A stretch of 64,000 nt of DNA from Candidatus Aminicenantes bacterium (GTDB lineage Bacteria > Acidobacteriota > Aminicenantia > S016-38), in contig JAMOUJ010000006.1 of the NCBI GenBank assembly GCA_027068075.1, positions 218,706 through 282,705 on the forward strand, given 5' to 3'. Both the position numbers and the translations under genes were made by a program. Under the pieces are notes generated by a model. The model did no database searches. It was not told the origin of the DNA and worked only from the letters and a program-made list of their open reading frames with translations. Every line of letters begins with the position of its first letter. Position 1 is the first letter of the stretch. This document shows, piece by piece, positions 36,938-46,926 of the stretch.

Positions 36938-39021
36938 GAATAAAGGCAAAACTCATAGTTTTTTCGCTTATTATAGTCTTCCTATCCCTCTCCGTAATTA
37001 CCGGGGTTTTTCTCCTCCGTTTCCGCATAAGCATGATAAGGGCCGAAAGCGAGTATCTTTCAACTTCCCTCCGCAGAACCGAGAGTTTCTTCTACGATTA
37101 TCTTGCCCACCTAAACAGAATAGCCACCTCCCTTTCGGAGATGAAGGAGATTTACGAAAACCTGGACAAGCCTGAACTTTTGAGCATATACCTGAAGCAA
37201 AAGGAGATCCTCTTTCCCTCAGGGTCCGTGGTAATTTTTGATAAACAGGGCCATCCCATAGTCTCCCACACCTCCGGCGGATTCGTGTGCGAGGTGGACA
37301 TGGAAGGGTACATAAAGAAAAAGGGGGAGGTTTTCAGGTTGAGCGGGATCAAATCCTTTCGGGGGAGGTTGTGCTTCATATCCGTGGTGCCCGTGGTGGA
37401 GCCCAATTCTCTGGAGGTTCTGGGCTATCTTTTGATAGAGCGCCCCATAGACTCGGATTTTGCCGATTATCTGAAGGAGAGGGTCCGGGAGGAGATTTTC
37501 TTCGTGGACACCCAGGGGAAATTTCTGGGTTCCACCTACATAGGGAAGGACGGGGACCGGATTTTCCCTTCCAGACTGAAGAAAAAAAACTGGGGGTGGG
37601 TTGGGTGGATTGAAGACCGTCTTTTCTTCATAAAGGGTGCCCCCATAAAGTGCATAGATGGGACCGTGTGCGGAAAAATCCTGGTGGGCAAGGACGAAAC
37701 GAGTCTCGTCCTTCTTCACAGAAGGTCCATAAAATACGCCCTCCTGACCCTCCTCTTGGATCTGATATTCGCCTTCGTCCTCACCCTTTTTCTGAGCCGT
37801 CATTTTACCAGGCCCATCACCCTCCTTTCCGAGGCCGGTCAGCGGTGGGCCCGGGGAGATCTGGACTATCGGCTCAGGTTCAAGAGGAGGGACGAGTTTG
37901 GAGACCTGGCCGGAGTTTTCAATTACATGGCGGAGGAAATAAAGGCCAAACAGGAAGAACTCAGAAGGACCAAGGCCTTTTACCACACGATAATTGACAG
38001 CAATCCCGTGGGGATAATAGCAGCCCAGCCCTCCGGCAGGATAGTGGAGATGAACGCCGCCGCCAGAAAAATTTTTGACGGCCAGGTGAAGGAGGGGGAC
38101 AACCTCTTTTCCGTCAGGGGGCTGGACAGGATAAAGGAAAAGTTCACCAGGGCCCTCCTGGAGGGGAAGACCCAGGAAGCCTTTGGGGTGGAGGCCGAAC
38201 TTCCCTCCAAGGAATTGGTCCTAAAACTTCTCATGTATCCCGTCCAGAGGGACAGGGAGCCCCTGGTAATAGTCCAGGTGGAGGACATAACCCACAAGAG
38301 GGAGATGGAGGAGGAACTTTACCACCTGCGGAAACTCGCCCTGCTGGGCACCAGGCTCGGTTCCTATGCCCACGACATAAAGAATTACCTCACCACTATT
38401 CTCGGATACCTGGAGATAATGGACCTGAAAATCGCCGAACCCTCCCTCAAGGAGGAACTGGAGAGGATAAAGAGGACCACCCGGGCGGCGGCCAGACTTT
38501 CCCGCTCCATCTTAGATTTTTCCAAGGAAAGGATGAAAAAGGAGGTGGTGAACCTGAGCGACACCGTGGAATCCACCCTGGAGTTCGTAAAGAGGGTTCT
38601 TCCCAGGAAAATAGACCTGGAGTTCCGCCGGGAGAACGGGGGCTTCAAAATTCTGGGGGATCCCAGCAAACTTTCGGTGGGGCTTTACAACCTCGTGATA
38701 AATTCCATAGATGCCATAATGGCTTCAGGTAAAGAGCAGGGAAGAATAAAGGTGAGCCTGGGTTCTGAGTTTGACCCCGTTTCGGGGCAACACATGGTAA
38801 AACTGGTGGTGGAGGACAACGGCACCGGCATAAGGAAGGAGGACCTCAACAGGATCTTTGAACCCTATTTCACCACCAAGGGGAGTGAAGGCACGGGCCT
38901 GGGTCTTTACATGGTGAGGAACATGGTGGAGGAAATGGGGGGGAAGATAACCGTGGAAAGCAAGGAAGGGGAATGGACCAGGTTCACCATCCTGCTTCCG
39001 GTCTGGAGGGGAGAGGCCTAA
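36934..39021 (+). CDS. Membrane sensor histidine kinase (TM - periplasmic sensor - TM - HAMP - PAS - HisKA - HATPase)
   Basis: Two TMs; HAMP RPI..L....DEFG.LA..FN.M; PAS N.AA..IF; H-box AHDIKN; NL..N..DA, DNGTGI, IFEPYFTTK, GTGLGL. Confidence 0.92.
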   Translation: MRIKAKLIVFSLIIVFLSLSVITGVFLLRFRISMIRAESEYLSTSLRRTESFFYDYLAHLNRIATSLSEMKEIYENLDKPELLSIYLKQKEILFPSGSVVIFDKQGHPIVSHTSGGFVCEVDMEGYIKKKGEVFRLSGIKSFRGRLCFISVVPVVEPNSLEVLGYLLIERPIDSDFADYLKERVREEIFFVDTQGKFLGSTYIGKDGDRIFPSRLKKKNWGWVGWIEDRLFFIKGAPIKCIDGTVCGKILVGKDETSLVLLHRRSIKYALLTLLLDLIFAFVLTLFLSRHFTRPITLLSEAGQRWARGDLDYRLRFKRRDEFGDLAGVFNYMAEEIKAKQEELRRTKAFYHTIIDSNPVGIIAAQPSGRIVEMNAAARKIFDGQVKEGDNLFSVRGLDRIKEKFTRALLEGKTQEAFGVEAELPSKELVLKLLMYPVQRDREPLVIVQVEDITHKREMEEELYHLRKLALLGTRLGSYAHDIKNYLTTILGYLEIMDLKIAEPSLKEELERIKRTTRAAARLSRSILDFSKERMKKEVVNLSDTVESTLEFVKRVLPRKIDLEFRRENGGFKILGDPSKLSVGLYNLVINSIDAIMASGKEQGRIKVSLGSEFDPVSGQHMVKLVVEDNGTGIRKEDLNRIFEPYFTTKGSEGTGLGLYMVRNMVEEMGGKITVESKEGEWTRFTILLPVWRGEA

Positions 39022-39332
39022 GGGGAACAGGCCTCTTCAAGCCACTTTAAATAATCCGGGCTCCCTGTCTGGATGGGGAGGGCAATTATCTCAGGGACTT
39101 CGTAGGGGTGGACTTCCTTCAGGAATTTCTCCAGTTCTGGATAAATTTCCCGGGTGGTTTTTGCGATGCACAGGTATTCTTCTCCCCTTTCCACCCTTCC
39201 CTTCCACCGGTAAACGCTGGTGATGGGGCCGAGAATTTGCACGCATCCTGCCAGTCCTCTCTCCACCAACTCCCCGGCGATTTTTTCCCCGTCCTCCCTT
39301 TTTTCCACCGTGGTGAATACCACCAGAAACAT
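39018..39332 (-). CDS. cutA: Divalent-cation tolerance protein CutA
   Basis: LV..GLAGC, SVYRWKG, KT, HPYEVPEII, YLKW. Confidence 0.95.
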   Translation of the reverse strand: MFLVVFTTVEKREDGEKIAGELVERGLAGCVQILGPITSVYRWKGRVERGEEYLCIAKTTREIYPELEKFLKEVHPYEVPEIIALPIQTGSPDYLKWLEEACSP

Positions 39333-39341
39333 GTTTTTCCC

Positions 39342-40217
39342 CTACTGATTTTCCAGGAGGGTCAGAATGGCCGGGTCGTCCCTCCAGCCCTTTCTGACCT
39401 TTACCAGGAGGTCAAGGTATATCTTCTTGCCGAAGATGAATTCAAGTTCTTCCCTGGCCTTTTTCCCCACTATTTTCAGGTTTTCTCCCCCCTTTCCTAT
39501 AACGATTTTTTTGTGGTTTTCCTTCTCCACGAAGATGGTGGCTGAAATGTAGAGAAGGTCTCCGCGATCCTCCATCTCTTCCACCAGAACTCCCACGGAG
39601 TAGGGGAGTTCTGCCCGGAGGCGGTGTAAAAGTTTCTCCCTTATTATCTCAGAGACCAGGAATTTATCCGATATGTTGGTAACCGTTTGGGGAGGAAAGA
39701 GGGGCTCCCCTTCGGGCAGGTGCTTGTAGATCAGGTCTTCCAGCAGGTCCAAATTGGTGCCCTTGTAGGCGGATACAGGCACTATCTCCTCAAAATCCAG
39801 AAGGTCCTTGTAGAGGTCTATGACCGGAAGGATCTTCCCCTTGGACACCAGATCTATTTTGTTTATAACCAGGAATTTCTTCGGTTTTACCTCCTTCAGC
39901 ATGTTCACCACGAACTGGTCACCCTTGCCGAAGGGCTGGGTTATGTCAACCACTAAAAGGATGAGGTCCGTATCCCTCAGGGATTCGTAAACCCTCTCCA
40001 TCATCAGTTCGTTGAGTTTGTGAAGTGGGCGGTGGATCCCCGGATTATCCATGAATACTATTTGACCCTTCTCCGTGGTTTTTATCCCCAGGATCCTGTG
40101 CCGGGTGGTCTGGGGGGTGGGGGAGACTATGGTTACCTTCCTCCCCAGCATGGCGTTGAGGAGCGTGGACTTACCCACATTGGGTCTTCCTATTATGGAG
40201 ACAAAACCCGCCTTCAT
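39342..40217 (-). CDS. era: GTPase Era
   Basis: GRPNVGKSTL, PQTTR, D.PG, NKID, EIIREK, ELPY, KH domain VIGKGG. Confidence 0.97.
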   Translation of the reverse strand: MKAGFVSIIGRPNVGKSTLLNAMLGRKVTIVSPTPQTTRHRILGIKTTEKGQIVFMDNPGIHRPLHKLNELMMERVYESLRDTDLILLVVDITQPFGKGDQFVVNMLKEVKPKKFLVINKIDLVSKGKILPVIDLYKDLLDFEEIVPVSAYKGTNLDLLEDLIYKHLPEGEPLFPPQTVTNISDKFLVSEIIREKLLHRLRAELPYSVGVLVEEMEDRGDLLYISATIFVEKENHKKIVIGKGGENLKIVGKKAREELEFIFGKKIYLDLLVKVRKGWRDDPAILTLLENQ

Positions 40218-41383
40218 CCTTTCCTCCTTATCAGAATTTTTTTGATGCTGCGCCGGTCGGCGTCCAGGATTTTAAACTTATAATCGTTGTATTCAAATTC
40301 TTCACCCCTCCTGGCTATCCTCCCCAGGTGGGACATTATAAAACCGGAAATGGTGGAGTAACTACCCTCGGGGAATTCAATCCCCAAACTTTCCTCCAGG
40401 TCCCAGAGGGGGCAGTCGCCGTCCACCTCCATGGCCCCCTTCATAACTTCTATTTCCTTTTCAGGGCTTTCGTCTATCTCCGTTATTTCTCCGAATATCT
40501 CCTCTATTATGTCCTCCATGGTTATGAGGCCTGAAACCACCCCGTATTCGTCCACCGCTATGGCTATTTTTGTTCTTTTTTCCTTCATGATTTCCAGGGC
40601 TCTGAAGATGGATATGCTTTCGGGAACGAACACCGCTTCCCTCATGACCTCCGAAACCTTTCTGTTTCCCTCCTGATGACACACCCCCACGATGTCCTTG
40701 GCGTAAACTACTCCCTGTATGTTGTCCAGATTATCCTTGTACAGGGGCAGACGGGACCTTTTTTCACGGCCTATCACCTCCGCGGCTTCCCGGAAGGTGG
40801 CGTCGTAGGGGATGGCGATAATTTCCCTCTGGGGCGTCATGATTTCCCTTACCAGGGTATCGGAAAACTCTATTACATTCCGTAAAATCTCCCTTTCTTC
40901 GCTGTCAATTATCTTTTCCTGCATGGCCTCTTCAATGAGGCCTTCCACCTCCCCTTCCTGGGCTTCCGATTCCTCCTCCTGGTTTTCCTCCCCGGGATCC
41001 GGCATGGGGCCAAACCTTCTCGCCAGGGAGATGGCCAGGGAGATTCCGGCGTTTCTGTAGGCGGAGGAAAGCCACCAGGGCAGGGCCATGTAAAAAATCA
41101 AAAAGGTGGCGGTGACGGTGGCCAGTTCCCAGTAGAGGTTCATCTTGAAAATCCTGGAGGTGTAGCCCACGAAAAGGATGAAGAAAAAGGTACCCACCAG
41201 GGAATAAAGGGGTTTGGCCCTTTCCACCGCCCGGAGATATCCGGTGGGCATCTTCTTGTTCCACAGGAAGGCGAATAGTTTTATCCTGGATATGGAAAGG
41301 CTCTGCCTCAGCCACAGAAAGAACACGGAAAGGATAAGAAAGGCCGAGGAGAGAGCCAGTTGAGTTAAAGGAATTTCTTCCAT
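40214..41383 (-). CDS. CorC/HlyC (CNNM-like) CBS-domain membrane protein
   Basis: N-terminal TMs; [38 protein letters not shown]-terminal CorC domain. Confidence 0.9.
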   Translation of the reverse strand: MEEIPLTQLALSSAFLILSVFFLWLRQSLSISRIKLFAFLWNKKMPTGYLRAVERAKPLYSLVGTFFFILFVGYTSRIFKMNLYWELATVTATFLIFYMALPWWLSSAYRNAGISLAISLARRFGPMPDPGEENQEEESEAQEGEVEGLIEEAMQEKIIDSEEREILRNVIEFSDTLVREIMTPQREIIAIPYDATFREAAEVIGREKRSRLPLYKDNLDNIQGVVYAKDIVGVCHQEGNRKVSEVMREAVFVPESISIFRALEIMKEKRTKIAIAVDEYGVVSGLITMEDIIEEIFGEITEIDESPEKEIEVMKGAMEVDGDCPLWDLEESLGIEFPEGSYSTISGFIMSHLGRIARRGEEFEYNDYKFKILDADRRSIKKILIRRKG

Positions 41384-41757
41384 AATTTCCTTTCCAGGGC
41401 CCTCATTTCTCCGTGGTCGGTTTCGTGGTCGTAGCCCAGCAGGTGAAGAAAACCGTGGATCATCAGAACCTTGAGTTCCTTTTCCAGGGAATGGCCCAGT
41501 TCTTCCGCCTGCCTACGGGCGGTTTCCACGGAAATTATCACATCGCCCAGATAGTCCTCCTGATCCGCCTGAAAACTCAAAACATCGGTGATGTCGTCCT
41601 TCCCCCTGTAGGCCCGGTTGAGTTCCTTTATTTTTCTGTCGCTCACCAGAACCACGGTGAAGTCCCTGTTCTCCGAAAATTCCTCCATGAGTTTCCTTTT
41701 GAGTTCAAGGAGAGGTTTTTTGTCTATTTTTATTTTCCTCTGGCGATTTAGAACCAT
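41365..41757 (-). CDS. ybeY: rRNA maturation endoribonuclease YbeY
   Basis: [30 protein letters not shown]. Confidence 0.96.
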   Translation of the reverse strand: MVLNRQRKIKIDKKPLLELKRKLMEEFSENRDFTVVLVSDRKIKELNRAYRGKDDITDVLSFQADQEDYLGDVIISVETARRQAEELGHSLEKELKVLMIHGFLHLLGYDHETDHGEMRALERKLWKKFL

Positions 41758-43165
41758 TTTTCTCTTCCTTCGGGTATTCTACCCTTTTGTGGTGTATGGC
41801 CGTCAGGCTTTTTATTATTTCCTCCTTTACTATTCTCAACTCCCTCATGGTGATGGGAGCCTCGTCAAATTGCCCGTCCTCCAGAAGGCTTTCAAAAATG
41901 GAGTTTACCGTGGCCCTTATGCTTTCCTCGTTGGGTTCCTTGAGGGATTTCACCGCCGCCTCGGAGGAATCGCAAAGCATCACTATGGCGGTTTCCTTGG
42001 TCTGGGGTTTGGGTCCCGGATAACGGAAGGTGCTCTCGTCCGCTTCTATGCCCATCTCCTTGGCCTTGGCGTAGAAGTATTTTACCAGGGTGGTGCCGTG
42101 ATGCTGGGCTATGAAGTCTATTATTTCCCGGGGGAGTCCCATCTCCTTGCCCATCTCCACCCCTTCCTTCACATGGTTTATTATGATCATGGCGCTAAGG
42201 GAAGGGCTTTTGTTTTCGTGGGGATTAGGCAGGTTTACCTGATTTTCAATGAAGTACTGGGGCATCTTTAATTTTCCGATGTCGTGGTAAAGGGCTCCGG
42301 CCCGGGCCAGAAGGGAATTACCTCCGATGGCATCGGCGGCCCTCTCGGCCAGGGTGGCCACCATGAGGGAGTGGTGGAAGGTTCCCGGGGCCTCCAGGGC
42401 CATTTTCTTGAAGATGTCCTGGTTGGTGTTGGACAGTTCTATGAGTCGGAGGGGTGAGACTATGCGGAAGAGGTATTCTATTATGGGGATGAGGAAGGAC
42501 GCTATTACGCTCAGTTCCAGGACATTTACCGTGGCGGTGGCCAGGTCGTCAAGAAAGGTGGTGAGGGAAATGTCCTGAAGGTGAGAGAAAACCAGAAACA
42601 GAAGGGAGGCAGGGTAGAGTATAACGAAGGCCGTCCGGTAAATGGTTCCCCTCCTCATCTTTCCGTAGTGGAGCACCCCGTAAATGGCTCCGAAGCCCAG
42701 CATGAGGGCGTATAGGGAGGCGATCACATTGCCTGTGATCCCCAGGACTCCCAGGGATACCAGCACCGTCAGGATTATGGGGGGGAGGGGATCAAAGATG
42801 TAGGACAAAACCAAGGAGGCGAAGGCGTAGGGAAAGGAGAAAATTATGAAGTTTTCCCTGTGGCTTTCCACCAGCCTCTGGAGGATGGTTTTGTGGACCA
42901 GGAACAGAAGGAAGGTGAACAGGAAGGAGAATATGACCACATTTATGGCCTTGTCAAAATCCCCGTCGTTGGATTCCCTGAGGATTTTCGTGAGGAAGTA
43001 GAGGAGGAAAAAGGAATAAACGAGGGCCAGGTAGGAATATTCTACGGCGTAGAGGAAGTGAACCGCCACGAAAACGGTGACGGCCACCCCGATGATCTTA
43101 AGGAGAAGCCCAACCCTCAGGCTCTCTTCCTTGAGTTTCAATCCCCCTCGCTTAGGTTTTCCCAT
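41705..43165 (-). CDS. 7TM-HD phosphohydrolase (PgpH-like), short form
   Basis: Multiple TMs; [46 protein letters not shown]. Confidence 0.9.
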   Translation of the reverse strand: MGKPKRGGLKLKEESLRVGLLLKIIGVAVTVFVAVHFLYAVEYSYLALVYSFFLLYFLTKILRESNDGDFDKAINVVIFSFLFTFLLFLVHKTILQRLVESHRENFIIFSFPYAFASLVLSYIFDPLPPIILTVLVSLGVLGITGNVIASLYALMLGFGAIYGVLHYGKMRRGTIYRTAFVILYPASLLFLVFSHLQDISLTTFLDDLATATVNVLELSVIASFLIPIIEYLFRIVSPLRLIELSNTNQDIFKKMALEAPGTFHHSLMVATLAERAADAIGGNSLLARAGALYHDIGKLKMPQYFIENQVNLPNPHENKSPSLSAMIIINHVKEGVEMGKEMGLPREIIDFIAQHHGTTLVKYFYAKAKEMGIEADESTFRYPGPKPQTKETAIVMLCDSSEAAVKSLKEPNEESIRATVNSIFESLLEDGQFDEAPITMRELRIVKEEIIKSLTAIHHKRVEYPKEEKNGSKSPEENKNRQKTSP

Positions 43166-44120
43166 TCTCCTTTTCCTCTTTTTCCTTTCTTCCGTAGGCT
43201 TCTATTATTTTCTGAACCAGGGGATGGCGAACCACATCTTCCCGGGAAAATTCAACGACCTTTATCCCTTCAATTTCACGGAGGAGTTCCACGGCCTCCA
43301 CCAGTCCAGATTTAACATTTTTTGGGAGGTCAATCTGGGTTATGTCCCCGGTTATTATGGCCTTGGAATCAAATCCTATCCGGGTTAAAAACATCTTCAT
43401 CTGCTCGGAGGTGGTGTTCTGGGCCTCGTCCAGGATTATCACCGAATCGTTGAGGGTCCTTCCCCTCATGAAGGCCAGGGGGGCTATCTCTATGACCCCT
43501 CTTTCCAGGAGTTTTATGACCCTTTCCGCCTCCAGGAGGTCGTAGAGGGCGTCGTAGAGAGGCCGGAGGTATGGATTTACCTTTTCCTCCATGGTTCCCG
43601 GAAGAAAGCCCAGTTTTTCCCCGGCTTCTATGGCCGGTCTGGTCAGAATTATTCTTCCGTATTTTCTTTCAAAAAGAAGGTAAAGGGCCATGGCCATGGC
43701 CAGGTATGTTTTTCCCGTGCCGGCGGGGCCCACGGCGAAGACTATGTCGTATTTCTCTATGGCCTCCATGTAGAGTTTTTGATTCAGACTTTTGGGGCGC
43801 ACGGGCTTTCTGGTTCCCTTGAACCTTATTTCCCTTCCCCTTTCAAAGAGGGCTTCAAGGTCGGCCCCGGAATCCTTTTCCAGCATGTCAAGGGCAATTA
43901 TAAAGTCCTCCTCCCTCAGGGCCCTAACCCTGTTGAGTCCTGCCATTTTTTCAAAGTATTCCCTGGCGAACTTGACCTTTTCCTCCGGGCCTGAGATGAG
44001 CAGGGTATCCCCCCGGGCGGTTATGTCCACTCTGAGCCTTTTTTCTATTATCAGAAGGGTTCGGTTCAGGGTTCCCGAGAGAATTCTTATGTAGTCTTCG
44101 GGTAGGCGTAATTTTTCCAT
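43152..44120 (-). CDS. phoH: PhoH-family ATPase (YbeZ-like)
   Basis: GPAGTGKTYLA, TRPA.EAGE.LGFLPG, APLAFMRGRTL, DEAQN, GD.TQ.DLP, DVVRH.LV. Confidence 0.95.
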   Translation of the reverse strand: MEKLRLPEDYIRILSGTLNRTLLIIEKRLRVDITARGDTLLISGPEEKVKFAREYFEKMAGLNRVRALREEDFIIALDMLEKDSGADLEALFERGREIRFKGTRKPVRPKSLNQKLYMEAIEKYDIVFAVGPAGTGKTYLAMAMALYLLFERKYGRIILTRPAIEAGEKLGFLPGTMEEKVNPYLRPLYDALYDLLEAERVIKLLERGVIEIAPLAFMRGRTLNDSVIILDEAQNTTSEQMKMFLTRIGFDSKAIITGDITQIDLPKNVKSGLVEAVELLREIEGIKVVEFSREDVVRHPLVQKIIEAYGRKEKEEKENGKT

Positions 44121-44130
44121 TTAGTTCGTC

Positions 44131-44370
44131 TTATTCATTTAGGGTAAAAATGGGGCAGGTGACCGTGCTCTCCACCTCCTCCATTTTCTGAAGGTGGTTG
44201 ACCACGAAGTCCCCCAGGGAGTTGAAGTCCTCTGTTTCCACCAGGCCTATTATGTCGTAAGGTCCGCTGACTATGTGGCATTGTTTTACGGAGGGCATCT
44301 CCCTCATTTTCCTCAAAACTTCCCCGGCCTTACCGGATTTTACATTCATGAGGACATACGCCTTAACCAT
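44131..44370 (-). CDS. Stand-alone Lrp/AsnC ligand-binding (RAM) domain protein
   Basis: 79 aa, AYVL.....G, VSGPYDII, V..T.T; no HTH. Confidence 0.88.
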   Translation of the reverse strand: MVKAYVLMNVKSGKAGEVLRKMREMPSVKQCHIVSGPYDIIGLVETEDFNSLGDFVVNHLQKMEEVESTVTCPIFTLNE

Positions 44371-44470
44371 TCCGCCTGCCTTTGTTTATATACCTCTTTC
44401 TGTAATGGGTCAACAGTCTTTTTCTCCTTTTTCTGCTGAGCACTTCTTTAATCCGGCTCTTTGACTTCAT
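44363..44470 (-). CDS. Putative 35-aa Arg/Lys-rich small protein (not in the ORF track)
   Basis: MKSKSRIKEVLSRKRRKRLLTHYRKRYINKGRRNG. Starts 8 nt after TTGAAA-N17-TATAAT; its stop overlaps the next start. Confidence 0.4.
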   Translation of the reverse strand: MKSKSRIKEVLSRKRRKRLLTHYRKRYINKGRRNG

Positions 44471-44478
44471 CACTAATA

Positions 44479-44507
44479 ATTATAGACACAGTTGGCCTAC
44501 TTTTCAA
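44479..44507 (-). promoter_or_regulatory. sigma70-type promoter upstream of the small ORF / Lrp-domain / phoH-era operon
   Basis: TTGAAA-N17-TATAAT on the minus strand. Confidence 0.7.
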
Positions 44508-44743
44508 TGGGACTCCAGGAATTCGTCCCGGCATTTTTCCGAGCAAAAATAATAGGTCCTGCCTTCGTATTGAAGTTTCAGGGCCATCTCCTCCTCTATG
44601 TACAGTCCGCAAACCGGGTCCTTTACCAGGTTCTTGACCCTGGGGGGAGCATTCCTCCGGGGTTCGGTTTTTCTCCGGGCAGGCTTAAGAAAGATAAGGT
44701 AAAAGAGGTAGCCCACGATTAATAGAAAAATGAGAGCGCTCAT
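44504..44743 (-). CDS. YHS/TRASH-domain protein with N-terminal TM anchor
   Basis: KDPVCG.Y........YYFCSEKCRDEF. Confidence 0.9.
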   Translation of the reverse strand: MSALIFLLIVGYLFYLIFLKPARRKTEPRRNAPPRVKNLVKDPVCGLYIEEEMALKLQYEGRTYYFCSEKCRDEFLESH

Positions 44744-45210
44744 CCTTCCATCATCTCCTTTATGTCGTTGTGGTAAAGAAATAGGTTGGGAGTGAATTTT
44801 CCGGGAAGGACCCTTATGGGATGTCCGTCCACCTCCTCAATTTTTTTCATGCCGTCCACATGGGGGGATATGGCCTTCATGGTTTTCAGGAGTTCCTTGA
44901 TTTTCCTCTTAGCCTCCGCCCTTTCCCTTTCCACGGCGAAAAGGATCCCGTGCCTTTCCACCGCCTCCCCCTGGATGTAATATCCCACGAAGGCGGCAAA
45001 GAGCCGTTCTTCGGTGGGTTCCCTTCCCACCTCCACCCTCCTTCCATCGGCGTAGTTTACTTCCACCAGGGAGTCAAAATGAAATTCCCCCTCCACCTCC
45101 TCCGCCACCTTCATCAGGGCTTCCCGGGGCGATCCCGCCACCCGGAAGAGGTAGCGGTGATTTTCCTCAAATTCCGTGTCAAAGCCCAGGCCTATCAGGT
45201 AAAGTTTCAT
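44740..45210 (-). CDS. DUF1543-like protein (two internal repeats)
   Basis: Repeated LY/F...G....E.H...F.V.....EA.......H.D....V..VDG pattern. Confidence 0.65.
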   Translation of the reverse strand: MKLYLIGLGFDTEFEENHRYLFRVAGSPREALMKVAEEVEGEFHFDSLVEVNYADGRRVEVGREPTEERLFAAFVGYYIQGEAVERHGILFAVERERAEAKRKIKELLKTMKAISPHVDGMKKIEEVDGHPIRVLPGKFTPNLFLYHNDIKEMMEG

Positions 45211-46163
45211 TTTTTCCTCCCGAACACCCGGACGAGGAAGACCCTTCCCCGGTAGGTTATTTCCCGGAGTTTCCCCTCCTTTATGAGTTTCTCCACGGCG
45301 GACCAGTCGGCCCCTGACCTGCGGAGAATCTCCTCCACCGCCTCCTTCTCCATGGGGTGAACGGCGGCGGTGGCCAGTATGTCCCGCTCCGCATCGCCGG
45401 TGAAACCGAAACTTCCCTCTCCGGATCCCGTCAGGAGAAGGGGACGAAGTCCGTGGGCTTTAAAGATCAGGTAAGATCTGTGTAGAGTTTCTTCGTCGGC
45501 CCCTTCGGCCCATTCCTCCGCCGGGGGTCTTGTGGGGACCATGATGTAGGATGTTTCCGGCTTTATCCGGCTCAGAAATTCGGCGATTTTTTCTATCTCC
45601 TCCGGGGAATCGTTCAATCCCTTTATCAACATGGTTTCGCTGACCAGTTGGTTTCCAAACTCCCTGGAGAAGGTCTCCAGGCCCTCCAGTATCCTTTCCA
45701 GGGAAAGGCGGCCGTGGGGCCTGTCCACCTTTTTAAAGGCCTCCGGGGAGACCGCATCCACCTTTACGCATACCCAATCCGCCGGGGCCAGATCCCTCCT
45801 TACTTCCTCCATCCACAGGAGGGACGAATTGGTTATGACGGCTATTTTTATGCCCAGGCCCTTCAGGAGTTTTATTTCCTCTCCCAGGTTCAGGTCCAGG
45901 GTGGGTTCCCCGTCGGGAACGAAACTCAGGTAATCTATCCGAATCCCCCTGAGCCTCACCTGTTCCACCCTTTCCTTTACGCTTTCGTAGATCTGCCCTG
46001 GGGAATAAAAGACCCTCCTTTTGATGGACATTTCCAGGGTCTTTCCTATCTGACAGTAAACGCAGGAATAGGTGCAAATCTTAGGGGGAATGTTGTTGAT
46101 CCCCAGGCTCATGCCCAGGCGTCTTGAGGGGACCGGTCCAAAGGCTATGGCTTCGTTTTCCAT
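45207..46163 (-). CDS. Radical SAM protein
   Basis: FGPVPSRRLG.SLGIN, CxxxCxxC (CTYSCVYC), GEPTL, ITNSSL. Confidence 0.9.
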   Translation of the reverse strand: MENEAIAFGPVPSRRLGMSLGINNIPPKICTYSCVYCQIGKTLEMSIKRRVFYSPGQIYESVKERVEQVRLRGIRIDYLSFVPDGEPTLDLNLGEEIKLLKGLGIKIAVITNSSLLWMEEVRRDLAPADWVCVKVDAVSPEAFKKVDRPHGRLSLERILEGLETFSREFGNQLVSETMLIKGLNDSPEEIEKIAEFLSRIKPETSYIMVPTRPPAEEWAEGADEETLHRSYLIFKAHGLRPLLLTGSGEGSFGFTGDAERDILATAAVHPMEKEAVEEILRRSGADWSAVEKLIKEGKLREITYRGRVFLVRVFGRKK

Positions 46164-46179
46164 GGTCATGAATTATAAC

Positions 46180-46926
46180 TCATTTTGGTCTGGGACCTAC
46201 AGGGTGGAGGGCCAGGACGCCGGAGGTGGTTCCGTCCAGGTCCAGGAGTTGGTTGATGTATGTATCGTAGAAGGCCGCCACCTCCACGGTGGAGAGGCCG
46301 TAGGCCTCGCAGGCCAGGTAAATGTTCTGGGAAATGGCGCCGGATTCCATGTAAGCGTACCTGTATCCCCTGTCCAGGTATTTCCAGGTTACCCTCTGGA
46401 AAAAGGAGACGAGGACCAGGAGCAGGGGAGCCCTGGCCATCATGTCGCCCTGGGGAGAGAAACGGAGGATCTGCCTTCGGAAACTTCCCCTTTTCAGGAG
46501 GCCCACGGAGTTTTCTTCCGGCAGGAACAGGTAAAGTCCCTTCTCCAGACCCTCCACCTCCTCGGCAAAGAAGTATATGAAGATGGGGTAGAGGGCCCCG
46601 GCGGAGGGGGCTGTCCTTAACTTCAATCCATCCTTTTCACCGCTTATTCCGTCGGCGGCGTTTAGGAGTCCAGAAAGGACCTTCAATTTTATGGGGGAAC
46701 GGTAAAAACGCCTCCGGGACCTGCGGTTTTTCAGGGCCTCCTCCAGGGAAATCGGTGGAAACTCCGGCGGCGGAAGTTTAATTTTCCTTAAGAAAGTCCA
46801 TTCCATTTTCGGCCTCTTTTGCCATTTCACCGGGCCCAGGTATCCCCGGGGGGAGTAGGAGGTGAGATGGTGGAACTGGGGACCCGGAAGGTTTAAGGCT
46901 AAAAACAGGGCCAGTTCCAGGAGCAT
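46180..46926 (-). CDS. SagB/ThcOx-family nitroreductase-like dehydrogenase
   Basis: RRSRR.F, LRTAPSAGALYP, GLY, KY..RGYRY...E.G...QN.YL. Confidence 0.88.
   Translation of the reverse strand: MLLELALFLALNLPGPQFHHLTSYSPRGYLGPVKWQKRPKMEWTFLRKIKLPPPEFPPISLEEALKNRRSRRRFYRSPIKLKVLSGLLNAADGISGEKDGLKLRTAPSAGALYPIFIYFFAEEVEGLEKGLYLFLPEENSVGLLKRGSFRRQILRFSPQGDMMARAPLLLVLVSFFQRVTWKYLDRGYRYAYMESGAISQNIYLACEAYGLSTVEVAAFYDTYINQLLDLDGTTSGVLALHPVGPRPK

Noticed and set aside
44363..46926. SagB-type dehydrogenase + radical SAM + small peptide as a RiPP cluster
   Set aside because: No YcaO/cyclodehydratase, RRE, SPASM domain, protease or exporter is present. The peptide has no Cys and little Ser/Thr core. Both enzyme types commonly occur stand-alone.
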